A DNA stretch of 64,000 nt. Source: Psilocybe cubensis (taxonomy: Eukaryota). Below are positions 51,015-64,000 of this stretch, in pieces (within the stretch, counting starts at the first letter, position 1; each line of letters opens with the position of its first letter). The position numbers were made by a program, and so were the translations under genes. The notes below the pieces were generated by a model, which did not search any database, was not told the origin of the DNA, and saw only the letters and a program-made list of their open reading frames with translations. The DNA lies in the NCBI GenBank assembly GCA_017499595.2, contig CM039002.1:2418001-2482000 (forward strand). Direction: 5' to 3'.

Positions 51015-53856
51015 ATGACCTCTCCATCTCAGCCGCTAAACATAAAGTCTAGCAGACGGGTTGCCAACGACAACGATACACAGCAGAGCTCGTATACGCC
51101 ATCTTTCGGAACGCCGGATCTTAGAGCACTTCGAGCTCAGTATGCGGGCACCCCACCACTCCCAAATATTCCATTGCGTGCGACGGGAACACCTACAAAC
51201 AAAGCTACAGCGACGACATCAGGATCGTTAGTACCGACGAACGACTCTTCTCCTCGCAAACCGGGTCCTCAGGCAGTGGGTGGCCTGTCTGCTACCAAGC
51301 AAACCGCGACGAACAGCTCCGACGCAGTCATCCCTGCCACCATCGCGGATCTCGATACACTACCAGCAGAGGAAAAGGCCAAGGTTCTCGAGCGTCATCT
51401 TGTGGTGAAGGAACAGCGCAATGGGAATGGCAATGGGTCCAGGTCTGTCGTCGGCTCTGTTCACGATACTGCTGTTGCAACCTCGACCGGAACCGATCTC
51501 GACATTCCGCATTCTCGGCGGGGATCGTCTAGTACGACGAAGCATGTCGATTTCGAACCGTTTCCGATTCCATACGATGCCCCTGGAGCGGATGTGACGT
51601 GAGTCGTTCCACCTTTCTGTGCCAGTCCCGAGTCGCTCATCTACCCAGACATGACATCTACAAATGGCACACCGAGCAACGCAGGCAGTCTGCAAGAGTC
51701 CGGTCTGCCTCGTTCGCCGGGCCAAGCCAGGCTCCACCCCCGGCCTTTGAGCACATCCACGAACCGGGAGGTTTCAGACGAAACTACTTGCTATTACGTG
51801 CAAATGAACAAGGCAGCGAAGAACCACAGATTCTCAACAACTTTATCGATTTTTTGCTGCTCTTTGGCCATTTCGTGAGTCATACTTTCTGATTGCATGT
51901 TCAGTCTAATTATAATTATTTTTAGGCTGGTGAAGATTTGGAAGAAGACGATGAAGATAAAGACGACGAGGAGAATGTCACTCCGCCAGAGTCGGCTGAT
52001 GCAAATGAACGGACTGCCCTACTGGACAGGCCAGAAAACGCGCGACAGCGTTCGAGGAGCAGGCGACGGAGGAACTCGGTTGCTCGACAGGGTAACGCGA
52101 CTGTTACTCAAGCTGTTTTAATGGTATGTGTTCAATCTTGGGGATGGAATGTTCATTCCAGTTTTCGAGAAGCTACCCCTATTCTTATCTACAATGCTGA
52201 ATTGATATTTTTTTCAAGTTGTTGAAATCATTCGTTGGGACTGGTGTATTGTTCCTTGGCAGAGCGTACGTCATCGATTCTGGTTTGATCCGCTCAACTC
52301 ACGATATCAATAGATTCTATAACGGAGGACTTTTATTCTCGATCGTCACGTTCATCTTTATTGCTTTCATCTCGTTGTATTCCTTCTTGTTGCTGGTAAA
52401 GACCAAGTTTGTCATATCTGGGAGTTTTGGAGGTCAGCATCCTTCGTAAAATTGCCAACTTCACGTCTGATCACGGTTGCAGACATTGGTGGTGCACTCT
52501 ACGGCCCATGGATGCGCTATGTTATCTTGGGGTCGATTGTCATATCCCAAATCGGATTCGGAGCAGCATACACTATATTTGTCGCTGAGAACCTTCAGGT
52601 ATTCCTCTTTTACCTTTGCATGACGTTCTCTTACACGTTTGTAGGCATTCATGCTTGGAATAAGCAATTGTCTCAAACTTGTCCCAGTCCAGCACTTTAT
52701 TCTGCTTCAGACTATCGTGTTTCTGCCTTTGGTTCTGGTGCGCGACCTTGCCAAGCTGAGCTCGACGGCGCTCGTTGCCGATGCATTTATTCTTGCCGGG
52801 TTGTTGTACATCTTTGGCAGCGAGGTCAAGGTAATTGCGGAGCGCGGAATTGCGGACGTTAAGATGTTCAACCCAAAAGATTTTTCCCTCTTTATTGGGT
52901 GGGTCAAATCTTGAAGAGTTCGGCCTGTACTGACATGCTTTGTAGAACCGCTGTGTTTTCATTCGAAGGAATTGGGCTTGTACGCTAATTTCAAACTGTT
53001 GGAGATGTAGATTAACTTTTTATAGGTCATCCCTATCACCGATGCCATGCGCGAACCACACAAGTTCCCTAAAGCGTTGAGCGGGGTCATGGTGTTCCTT
53101 CTCTGTAAGCATAGTGTCTACGCATTGAGAAAGCCCATTAATTGTCTCCATCTAGTCCTCTTTGGTGGTGCAGGGACTCTCGCGTACCTCGCCTTCGGTT
53201 CAGACATCCAAACCGTCGTCCTCGTCAACCTCGATTCTCGCAGCCAAATGGTGCAATCAGTACGTGTGTCCGATTTATCTCCACCATCGTGAAGCCTAAA
53301 CTATACTCTTCCAGGTCCAATTCTTCTACGCTCTCGCGATCCTTCTTTCCGTCCCGCTTCAGCTCTTCCCCGCTATTCGTATCCTCGAGAACGGTCTCTT
53401 CACGCGTAGCGGCAAGGTGGACACGCGTGTCAAATGGTACAAGAACATGTTCCGCTTCGGCATGGTCTTTTTCTGCTCCATCATTAGCTGGATCGGTGCA
53501 GCGGATTTGGACAAGTTTGTCGCCTTTGTCGGGTGCTTTGCTTGGTTTGTCTGCTCCCCTCCTACCCCTCTTCTAGTCCATTAATCGATGTCATTTGCAG
53601 CGTGCCGTTGTGCTATGTGTACCCTCCGATGCTGCACTACAAAGCATGTGCCCACACGCGCAAGGCAAAGATTGCTGATATCGCGTTGATTATCTTCGGT
53701 GTTGTTGCTGCCGTGTACACCACTGCACAAACTATTAACGTTCGTCGTCATTTCATTGCTATTGATCATGATTCCTTGACATACAATTTCACTTCTTAGT
53801 TGATGTTTGCCCCAAATCCTACCGCAGGTTCTCCGTATGGAAACTGCGAGGCGTGA
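51015..53856 (+). CDS. AVT3/AVT4: Vacuolar neutral amino-acid transporter (Aa_trans, Avt3/Avt4 family)
   Basis: Motifs: GADVTHDIYKW, EPGGFRRNYL, FIDFLLLFGHFAGEDL, LLKSFVGTGVLFLG, GTAVFSFEGIGLVIPI, LSVPLQLFPAIRI and VPLCYVYPPMLH. Confidence 0.93.
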
Positions 53857-54499
53857 GTGTAGAACCGTTTCGTTTCGTTTAGCTTCAACTTGGCAGGGTT
53901 TTCGAAAACACATTTGCATCACTACTTCAATTTCAATCCAATATATGATCTCTCTATCTCTCTCTTTCGTCTTCGATTTCTCGACTCTTCCTTGAACTCG
54001 GATTTCACTCGACACCAAAGCATTTCATCGACATCTACGAACCTTTCGATATACATCCATCGCATTTATCGCATCACTCACTGCACGCCTCCCGAACGCC
54101 ATCCTCATGACTTTACGCATCATACACTACTATCATCTTTTTGCTTTACTGTTGTTAAATTGCTAACAATACATTCAACTGTTGTGGATCCCAGTGCACA
54201 CTTGGCATCAATGTCCTTGTCCGTTCCCCTCTGGTTTGATCAAAGATAAGTTTTTACTTTGGAAGACGTGTTCTAATGTAATAGAATGTTACGTATACAT
54301 AATGTTGGGAGCGCAGGGAGTTGGACGCAGGTATCAATATGGTGTGATAGCGATTAGGTGTGAAGGGAGCAGCAATAAAGGAAGGTTGAAGAAACCGAAA
54401 CCCGCAACGCACTGTTATACAAACGGAAGCAACAAAAAGAATAAAAAAGGGTGATCACTTTTTGTCTGGCATTAGAATCCAGTTAGGTTGACCAATGTT

Positions 54500-57400
54500 T
54501 TATAGGACCACGTCGTGGAAGAACACGTAACTTCCCCCTTCGGGTGGGGGTGCGGTGTCTCGACTCCACATACTGGCGGTATCGCTGAATGAGTCCATAG
54601 TCCTTCGTCGTCCCAGCCTATTGTCGACTTTCACTGGCCCGATCTCCCCTGGCGCGTCCGACGTTTCTCGCTCCTTGTCCGTGTCCGAATCCAATCCCAA
54701 GTCCTCATCCATTTTCCCCATCACCTCCATATCCTCCAGCTCGTCGCGCGCTTTCTTGTTCGCAACAGCGACTTTCTCCGCGTCTTCCACCTTCAATCTA
54801 TCTCTTCTCCCCATTTTTACATCGATTACAGACGACGCCGCGGACGACGCTACGCTTACATCCGCAACGTAACCCTGCGCGCTCGCTGCTCTCCCAAGCA
54901 TTCTGCGTAGCATCTTCCTCTCCCGCATTTTCTCCATGCTGATCTGTCTCTGCACCATCCACCGCTCCTCCTCTTCTCGACTCATTATCCCCGCGTTGCT
55001 CACAAAATTCACCCCCATGTTGACGCCGACCGAATAGCGGTGAGTTTGACGTCTTGAATGTACACCTTCGTTGTCCATATTTCCATTGTTGATGGAGGCT
55101 TTGCGCGCGATTTTGGCGGACAGCGCACTGGCAGTGCTGGTGGCTCGATTGAGGGCCAACGATTCCTTCAATGTTCTCAAGCTCGAGATGCGACGTCGGT
55201 GCTGTTGATGCCGCAACGGCGTGAGACGAGGGGGAATTGGTAAATCCCCATCTGACCTCAGATGATCAGGTCCGATGCTCTCCGTGTTAGAACTCAGACT
55301 CGTGGAATCGAAGGGAGGTTCATCTCCCCGCGAAAGCCTCGATACATCAATACCTGCAGCTGTCAACACATCTTCAATTGGAGCATGCCCCTTTGTCGTT
55401 TGCATACGATGGGCGAATGAGCAGGTCAATCTAAATTCAGAAATATCAGATGAAAGTCGTCAGCATGACAGAACCCATTTATCCACACTATTGATATCTC
55501 CCCGGCTTAAATTAAGAACAAAGCATTCGAAACAGAGGCACGGCGTTGGATATGAAAGCAGGATGGAAAGCATGCTGAAGAGACTTACCCAGGCCCAAAG
55601 ATGAATTCACCTCCCAGTTGATCTACATTTCCACCCTTCTCCCAAACAGGCATACCGAACTTGATAGCGCGTGCGACGACCATCGCAATTCCTCCCATCG
55701 TGCTGTGCTTCACATACCCACCCGATTTACGCTTCGTTTTCGCCGAGCCACCCTTGTTCTCCTCTTTTCCATCAGCATCACCCTCCGTAGCACCTATCGT
55801 GGGGCTAGGTCCCAGACTCTGCTTCTGCCTCACCTGATGCTGCTGATACTGATAAAACCTGTGATTCTGATGGGTGTGATGGCAGTCCTGCCCATCTTTG
55901 CCCATCCCCAACGCATGGTACACCGCAAGCTTGGGATCGGTATACACTTGGAACGGCAGTCCGAACATCTGCCTGTACTTGGGTATCATCCCGTGTGCGC
56001 CATTGCTGATGACAACGAACTTGACCAGACGCTCGCGGAGGTCCTCCGCTTCCGCGCTCGATCCCGCCGGCCACTCGGCGAGCATCTCTGGACGAACAAG
56101 AGATTTCAAAGAGGTCATGTAGTCCTGGCAGAGGGGACACCAGAAATGGCGAATGAACACGACGATGGTGCGCGTCGACGCGAAGAGTGAGCCAAAGGTG
56201 ACGTGTGTTCCGTCTTCACAGGTGAGTGGGAGTGACGCCGCGAACGTGATCTGTGGGGGAGTCGGAAGGGTCCATTCAGTAGGGAATAAAATACCAGACG
56301 GTGGGATTGCGCATTTTGCACTCGTCGAGGAAACTGGGACAGTGGGAGTGGTGGGGTCGGTCGTGAGGTCTCGCTGCTGCTTGTTGCCCTTTGACCTCTT
56401 CTGAGAGAGAAGCAGTGGTTTCACTGAGAACATCGGAGGACGTGGGGCAGGACGAGGATCAGTGAATTTGTGGTCGTCATCTAACATATTTGTAGCAAAA
56501 GACGGCGCTGATATAGAAAAGTTGGCATTGGACATGTTTGATGCCGAGGACAGAAATGGTTCAACAACTGTCATGGATGGTGACAGTGGGATTTGAGATT
56601 CCTGAGGTAGATATGTATCGCTAGGCCCATCGCGTCGACTACTGTACTTGCCGGTTGGGGTTTGGGGACTCGCCATGTTCAGAACTTGACAAACAGTCGT
56701 GCTGCTCCTCCTTTTAGAGTTGGTACTCGAGGCGATGACATCTATGTCTAACGAAAGACTTAGACGGTGACGATCATCGGAATCAGGTTTATCAGACAAC
56801 TCGGTGACGGTTAAAGGATATAGGACTCTCTTTAGGTGCTTGAATGAGCTACCACCGCAATCATTGATGATGGTTGACCTCGTCTCGTCCGTATTTCTCA
56901 TTTCCGTTTGCTTCTGGCTCAACTTTGTTTCTAAAGATAGAAAATTGGTCATCAAATGCGATAATAGAACAAGGTTTCTTTCTGACCGTGATGCTCATGG
57001 ATATCGACCATGTCTGTGCCTTTCATTTCATTAACTTCCGACCTGATGGAAATCGTGGAGGCTCGCCCACGACTCGGATGAGATTTGTTTCTGGAATGAT
57101 CCAACGTTGCAGTAGACACCATTGCCTGAGGCGCCGAAATAGCTGACTTGGAGACTGTCCGTGAATCCGCGGTGCTAGGGCGTCTACTACCGGCAGGGGC
57201 TACGCTATCATGGTGCAGGAAGCTGAACTTCCTGGGCAAAAATATTCTCGCCAAGCGTGTCTGAGGGCTGAGTTTCTGTGAGCCGTTCGTCTGGACGGAT
57301 TGAGCACGCTGATGCGTCGCATTACTTTTTGGCTTCGTCTGAGAGTACAGCTGCGGCGTGCTCGGCCGAAGGAAGATGGGGGACTTCAACTTGAACAATG

Positions 57401-58067
57401 GTTTGATATATGCATCGTCTTCGTCTGTCTCGCTCTCACTCGAGCAGTTATCATCACGATCATTCGCATGCACATCATGGCGTAACTGAGACGAACGTCC
57501 GAGAGTGTCGTTTCTAGGTGGCCAGGGTCGTTTCGATTTTGGAGATGCAAGGTCGATATCGGTGCGTGATTGGCAAGGTGTCGCGATCCGGGGAAACGCC
57601 TGTAGACTCCCCACTGGATTCCCGCCTTTTTGGTTTATCTGTGAATAAGGAGTATAGTGGGCAGCCTTTTTAGTTGCCTTGTGCTTTGGCGAGACGGCTT
57701 TGAGAGGTGATCCTGGAGGAGATATCGCGTTGTAGCTCGTGTGAGGACGGCTCTGGGTGGTAGCACTACTAGGCGGAGAGTATTCCAAGTATGAGCTCGA
57801 GTACCTGCGCTCGCCCAGATTACTCAAGCTCTCAAGACTTCCGTAGGGACCAGAACCTGGCGAAAAAGGAGAATGGGTACCAGGCAGCCCGCTCGAAGTC
57901 CTGTTTCGCAGAACCCACAACGGTGCAAACGGGTCCGATGGGTCTGGAGACGGGTACCTCTCAAACTGGTCAATCACAGGGGGTGGCTTTCGTGGTATCC
58001 GATGTCCACTTAAGACAGTTGCTGCCCTCAGATCCTGAAACGACGACGACGGGCTCGCTACGGCCAT
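54500..58067 (-). CDS. Large protein with a central AhpC-TSA_2 (peroxiredoxin-like 2) redoxin domain, 3 exons
   Basis: Motifs: TIVVFIRHFWCPLCQDY (CxxC), YTDPKLAVYHALGM, QLGGEFIFGPG and FAHRMQTTKGHAPI. Introns at about 56932-56986 and about 55431-55588 join three long ORFs. Confidence 0.85.
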
Positions 58068-58989
58068 GGCCACCAGCCTGCAAAGAAGAAGGTCGAAAAG
58101 AAGGCGTCCCAACAGAACACAGGAGATGAAGAGATAATATAAGATAACACAGGAACAAAAACACGTTCAGGCTGCGTGCCAGACGAGCTACATGAGGGAG
58201 CTACTTATAGCCAAAACGTTAGAAGGAAAGGAGTTGAAAGCTCTCCTGTCGTGAGGCTGACAAGCGGAACACGTGTAGTGACTTTGACTTCTATCGACGC
58301 CTTTTCCAATCGTAGCGTCTCCCGTCGGTCTATCTCTTCTCGTAAGGCATGCCGTCTGACATGAGCTCAAGCACTCTTAGCTTTTCTTGACACTTTTTCC
58401 TTGATATCCTGTCTCCGAGAAAGCCACGCTGACGACGCGTGGCCTCAAAATTGGCACCTATAGCTGGAAAATGTCCGGAAAAGTACATTATCGGTAGCAA
58501 CGCAACTAGTGTACAAAGTCCGTCTTAATAGTACCGTCTTAGAATCACCTTATCTGCCTACTTACGCCCCCGACAAGAACTAGAATACTTGTACCCGTTC
58601 ATGAGCTGCATACGTACTTAAGAAGCGTGAGAATCGCGCTAGACCCACACGTCTCCTCGGAGTATCCAAGTATTTAAGGCACGTCTTCGTCCTAACTAGA
58701 GGTTTATGACCTAGTGTTAGTAAATGTTCTAGGCGACTCTAGCAAACGCCAAACAACCTCCCCACCTATCCATACTGGTTCCAAATGAGAAATGACGAAA
58801 ACCCCTCTCCAACGATCCTTAAGATAGAACACTTATTTATAGAGTGCCCCTTTGGCAAAAAGATGAAGGCCACCCATATCGTCATCTGCGTCATCTTTGG
58901 GTATTCAGTCTGTTGTGGTCTCCTATAAAAGACCTCTGTTAATTCGGGGAAAGGCTCCTGTAATACCTGTCTGTTGTAATCACTACAAA

Positions 58990-60348
58990 ATGGCTTCTAC
59001 AACCCAAAACGTTTCTGTGTCTCAAAACTCTCACACCTCCCCTACTAATACTGCATCAAACGCTTCTGGAAATGCAAATTCCACATCTGCACCAGGAGGA
59101 GATACAACCTATCCTGAGCAGCTGCATGCAGGAAAGGTAGGATACGGTCCAAACTTCCGCACCTCCCCTGTACGTTACTTTCAGCTTTTAATTATTCTTT
59201 GATCTGAACAAGGAATATTTAACAGTCACTTGGAGATAAAATACAAGGATTGAAGGAGGAATTGAAGGGGAAAGTTACAAGAAATCCTGATCTTGTGCAA
59301 CACGGAAAAGACGTGAAGAGTGGCGAAGAAAGGAGAAAGGATTTGCTTGGAGAGGTATGGATTGTCTTCAAGTTGTTATAAACCCATTCATTAACTGAAC
59401 ACTCTCGGAATTGTATAGGATGAACATAACCCTTTTGATAACGTTAAAGAAGATGATGAGGGAAAGGGAAAAGATGTATCTCAAGGTCCAACAACTCATA
59501 AGCCTTCAGGCGCCCAGTCTTCCCAGAATCCATCAGGTAGGTAATCTTCTCAGTTGACCCATCCTGCGTCGGCGTCAAGATTGAACTGTAAAATAGGCAT
59601 AAAGGACGACAAAAATCCAACTGTCGCCGGTTCACAGAGCCCCCAGGCCTACTCAGATACCAACCAACCTAACAAAACCTCTTCTCAAACCGACCCCTTC
59701 GGTATGGCGCCTTCCCAAGTCTCCGGAGAGCGCTTCGCCAACCAAACCAGTACAAATACGAACATGACTGGTATTGTAAACTCTGCGGGACATCAACCTC
59801 AGCCTTTAGATCAGACGCCCGCCCATGAGCCGTCGAACTCCGGAGCGAGAATGAGTGGAATCGTGGACTCCGCCCGACACAATCCGCCTTCACACGCACA
59901 GTCAAATCACGGATTCAACCAACCCATTCTGCAACAAAGCACAAACATGAGCGCGATCGTCGACTCTGCCCGACATGAGCCTCGGCCCTTAAGCCAAGCA
60001 CCGGAACATCACCCAACACCGACAGGCTCCGAATCTGGCTTTGGAGGTTCTGCTCCACAGCGGCAAAACAAGGGCGTGAATGCAGCGGTGCATATTCCAA
60101 GACACCGATCCAACCCTATGCAGCAGGAACCAGTGCCCGCCTCATCCTCTAATTTTGGCTCTGATTATTCTGTACCTCAACAAGCGCCCAAGGCCAATCC
60201 GTTTGGTATGGCTGTGAATCAAGGCCACGGCAAAGGGGCAATGGAACAGGCGGCTACGGTGGCCCCTGAAGGTACCGAGGACGCAGAAAAGCAACGAAAA
60301 GGAAATAATGTCGAATTCGCAGCGAGGCCCGTTGAAGCTCGCCAGTGA
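58990..60348 (+). CDS. Hydrophilic stress/conidiation-type (hydrophilin-like) protein with internal repeats, 4 exons
   Basis: Motifs: YPEQLHAGKVGYGPN and LGDKIQGLKEELKGKVTRNPDLVQHGKDVKSGE, followed by a Q/N/P/S-rich tail. TATAAA lies about 65 bp upstream of the ATG. Confidence 0.75.
59761..60020 (+). repeat. Three degenerate coding repeats of about 30 aa
   Basis: MTGIVNSAGHQP, MSGIVDSARHNP and MSAIVDSARHEP recur at about 90-bp spacing. Confidence 0.8.
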
Positions 60349-61967
60349 GTTGATATCCGTAAAATAGGCAAAAATACCGAAGAAGGACCTATACTGTGTA
60401 CTTATGTTTCCCGCCTGAACAAATAAGTTCCTTGTACTAGTAGTAATTTGGAATAACTTTTGTCTCACAATGATATTGAAATATCGAAATACTTTCTCGG
60501 TGTCATCATAAAACCCTTGATATAATTACTGGTGAGAACATCCAGGTCGATGAGGTTGCGACTGCAAGGTTATTCTATTGGTCCGTGCGTGGATATGGCT
60601 AGCACACATTACATGATCGGCATCAAAAAAGTTCAACCACGGGCTCCCAGTCAGATCCGATCCTTCAGGTTAAATCCTCCCATGCTGTTCCAACATCCTC
60701 GAACCCTAATCTACAAGTTGGGATAGATCCGAAGAAATGCGCAATACTCATAGGAACTCTTCGGCAATGTTCTACGCGTTCTTTTAAACTTCGATAAATG
60801 CCACGTTTTAGGTAAAAAAAACACCAGTGGACACACTTCCTATCACTCTCATATCTTTGTGAGCGAAGCAAGTACTCGGAGACGACTCATTCTGCTACTT
60901 CGTCTATCCGTCTGTCGTACACACCCTGAGTATGGATGTAAACGCAGGACCTGGTAAAAATCAGGTTTGATCCCTTTTGCGATTTTAACAAGTCCAAACG
61001 GAGTGATTCTGTGGGTATCCCAGCTCATAGACCCAGTTTGTTGGACAACATTTTATATATCTTTACGTACTAAATCGCTTAAGTTGGATGCCTGATCGTG
61101 TTTAAGGTGTGACTTTGACCAACTCCTTTCACATATAAGGTTATGATCACCTACAGGAACTTGAAGGCCAGGATGATCGGTTTGGCATTGCTGGGAATTG
61201 ATTTTGGGGGTAGGCGTTGGCCCTTGAGAAAAATAATATAAATGAGGATATTCTGATGCATAAACTCGAAAAATGACGTTGTGGATATTAGTAGCAATAT
61301 GACAAACAAGTAATGAATGGCGATGGACTACATATACTTTTGCAATTGAATCATTGTGGACACCCGGTCATATGGTATTAGTATGGGAAGAATAAAGACT
61401 TTTTTTCGATAATTGGTCGAGTAGATATAACAGCTACCATTGAATAATTATGCATGATGGCCAAACGCAAGTGCAAAACATGGGGCCCTTTCCCATGGTC
61501 TGTACAGAGAAGCAGATCCTTCTGTTGAACAAGGTGTGTGGGAGTCAAATATATGCCTAAGAAAGGTGGAAAAGGTGAGACGTAGGCCAAGTTTTCTAAA
61601 CTACCATGCCATCAAAGGAGCAGACCGCGTCAGAATTGTTAATGTTAACGCACTGAATTATTTAAGAATACAGTACCATTATTTCATACGATGCCGTGGT
61701 TTGTATCAGTCTGTCACCTGTATCATTAAAAAAACGTCCAGCACTTTTTGAAGGTTAACATCACATTCAAATTTTGATCCTCAAAAATCGCCTTTTTCCA
61801 CGGTTAACAGCACCCGCATCCGCACATCGCCCAAAAGATTGGATCACTCTCCATGTCAATTGGTAATAGTGCACAAAGTCTATTTGTAATCTATGTGATG
61901 TAATGCCAACGCACGACTTATACAATCTTTCTAGTTCTCTATGGAATGTAGGGAGGTGTAAAATTAT

Positions 61968-62697
61968 TCAGTCTATATTTCTTCCCGACTGAAGCAAAAC
62001 TGTGGCGACTATCCCTGCCTCTAGTAGGCCAGCATTAACAGCCTCCGTCGTTAGCTTGAGGGTTACAAGCGTTTTATTCTTTGACACTGTTGCCAGCGGC
62101 TCCTGAAAGGTTGAACCTATGGCGAATAGCTTTGCGAATCACGTTTTCAATCAGAAAGTACACCGCTAAACAAGCGGGCAGAATTTACCGCTATCTGATT
62201 GTCCTTAGGCACCCAAATTAAAGGGCGATCCCTCGCTACCATCGTCCGTGATCTGTCACAAACAATGATTGTCGGACATAGATGGTTACGTAAATTAGTG
62301 ACGCAACACACCTTCTGTCGGGAGAGAGCACAAGCCATCGACTGACATACACCTTCTCGAGAATACCAGGTATGCAGACCATTGGCCTATTGGACCATTC
62401 AATATATGCAAGTACAGTTCCGTCGCATTTGCGAAAATAAGTACAAGGCGCGGAATTGTAGTTGCTGGTGATTTGAATACATGGGTTCCCCGTTGGCGCC
62501 ATTATTGAGCTATTTAGGATGTCGGGTTTGTTAGGTATGAGTTGGAAGGTGAGACTACGTTCTCCTGTTCCAGACTCTAGGACAGGTAAAGAACCGAATA
62601 CTGAAGGTACGTATGATGCTGATACTCTTGTGTTGATTGACATAGGGTTTTCTGGGTTATACCAGCCACCTTGAGCATATGGGTTGTTGGTGAACAT
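61968..62697 (-). CDS. DUF6593-like small protein, paralog B (3 exons)
   Basis: Reads MFTNNPYAQGGWYNPENPMSIN...WVPKDNQIA...VATVLLQSGRNID, with the same intron positions as paralog A. Confidence 0.8.
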
Positions 62698-64000
62698 TGC
62701 AGTGAAATCTGGGTATACCGTCTGAGAAGTTAGACGGGCTATTTAAACGAAAGACACAAAATAATGTACTGAGTTCTGAAACGCGTTCAATCCCAGTAGC
62801 GAAGCACAAAACCTATCCCATATCTTCGAATACGGCACCACTGGAAGGTTGTTCCAGTGTTTATTCTGAGCTGAGCTCGGTCCTGAGATCAGAAAAATGA
62901 TCAATACTACGATACAACTTTTTCCGAGGCATGACCTCCGATACATGGTTGAGGCGGAATGTGATACATATTCAGTGAATTGCATGTTCGCACAGAAAAT
63001 GCGATGTCTAGACGGGTTTAGTCGTTATGGTATGCATTCCGACATATGCTTTGCAAGTTACATGAAAAATAATTACATTATAGTTTTGCTCGAGGTTATC
63101 AACGAGAAAGATTAGAGCGATACAGTAGTGTTCTACGCCGAGAGAACGGAGGCATGGGCATAGTTAGAAGGTGACATCAAATTTTGTGCGACAGTGATAC
63201 ATGCCGGATGTGTGGAAATTCGGATATAACTTTATCCGTACGTCGCCTCCGTGCTTTGAACGATATCATATTACGGTCAACATAGATAATTAAAACGTTG
63301 AACCTAGATAATTAAAACAACGTCGGGTATTGAACGTTGAAGCTTGAAGGTATATTCACAGTGGTTCACAGACAAAAAATCTTTGATCGTCACATATCAG
63401 CCGGTTACTAACATAAGTCTGTTTATTTGATGTAAAAGACCGCCTTTAATTACCTGTTGCTCTCAGAGATTGGTGTACAGTCGTCGACTTGTCATCGACC
63501 GAGTCCGAGTTTGCCAACGGGCGCTCATCTCTAACATAAGCGCCACTGGTTTTACCCACGCCTTACAAGTGTTTTGTTATGATTGGAACAGCCATAATTG
63601 CTAATCATGCACAAACAGTGATAATGATTGGGCGGTCAGCGGAGTTTGGCAGAACTTTGGCGAAACCTTCTGCGGAGCTTCAGTCCGAGAGAAAGTTTGA
63701 GAAGGTCTACGGAGTTTTGCAATGAAACTGTAGCTTCTTCAAGCTGAGCGGATCACTGGCTGTTATATGTTTGCCCAACAAATCAAGTTGGATAGAGTCC
63801 GCATTATTGAAACTTCCATGATAATTTCCAAATTCACATTTTTTCAACTTCACGGCGTTGACTCAATTCAAGGGGGTATGTCTTCTCAAAAATTTAATCG
63901 TAGTACGCTCAAGATACGCTAAGTGTCATTTCTACTTACATCTTGTCGGGTGGTTTTTCACCTGATGTTTTGTGATAATGTTTACTACATAACAAGCGTC

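Noticed and set aside
56115..56150. Selenocysteine in the AhpC-TSA_2 (SelU-like) active site
   Set aside because: The motif is CPLC with ordinary Cys codons and no in-frame TGA.
60940..60985. GGTTTGATCCC resembling a tRNA T-arm
   Set aside because: No acceptor stem or D-arm can be formed.
62041..62100. Suspected frameshift in the last exon of DUF6593-like paralog B
   Set aside because: Re-reading gives the in-frame sequence VSKNKTLVTLKL, so the gene is intact.
63638..63720. Repeated CGGAG-containing motifs
   Set aside because: Short and irregular, with no boundaries to support an element.
1..64000. Many short antisense or GTG/TTG-start ORFs in the track, and prokaryotic features such as operons or CRISPR arrays
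   Set aside because: The DNA is spliced fungal sequence. These ORFs are shadows of real exons or random, and no repeat-spacer array is present.

Overview
This window is eukaryotic, intron-rich DNA from a basidiomycete, most likely an agaric. The evidence is short 45-90 nt GT-AG introns and gene families typical of Agaricomycetes. The ORF track therefore shows only exon fragments, and the gene models below were assembled by eye across introns. From left to right the window holds: trimethyllysine dioxygenase; an F-box-like protein; a peroxisomal adenine nucleotide carrier divergent from a seven-beta-strand methyltransferase; and a tandem array of four arrestin-like genes with PY motifs. The array is interrupted by a 5'-truncated LINE (13-bp TSD, poly-A tail), and a 659-bp fold-back element with 184-bp TIRs is nested inside that LINE. 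Next come an F-box/LRR pseudogene; an intronless 1.1-kaa low-complexity protein; a DUF6533-type multi-TM gene that the ORF track misses (with 6-nt and probably 2-nt microexons); and a NACHT NLR whose only N-terminal extension is a candidate amyloid signalling motif. The rest of the window has a stand-alone glycosyltransferase resembling the arabinokinase N-terminus; a paladin-like phosphatase with three CX5R motifs; two DUF6593-like paralogs; an AVT3/4 vacuolar amino-acid transporter; a large AhpC-TSA_2 redoxin-domain protein; and a hydrophilin-like repeat protein. No rRNA, tRNA or CRISPR array was seen. Family names come from motif recognition, not database searches.
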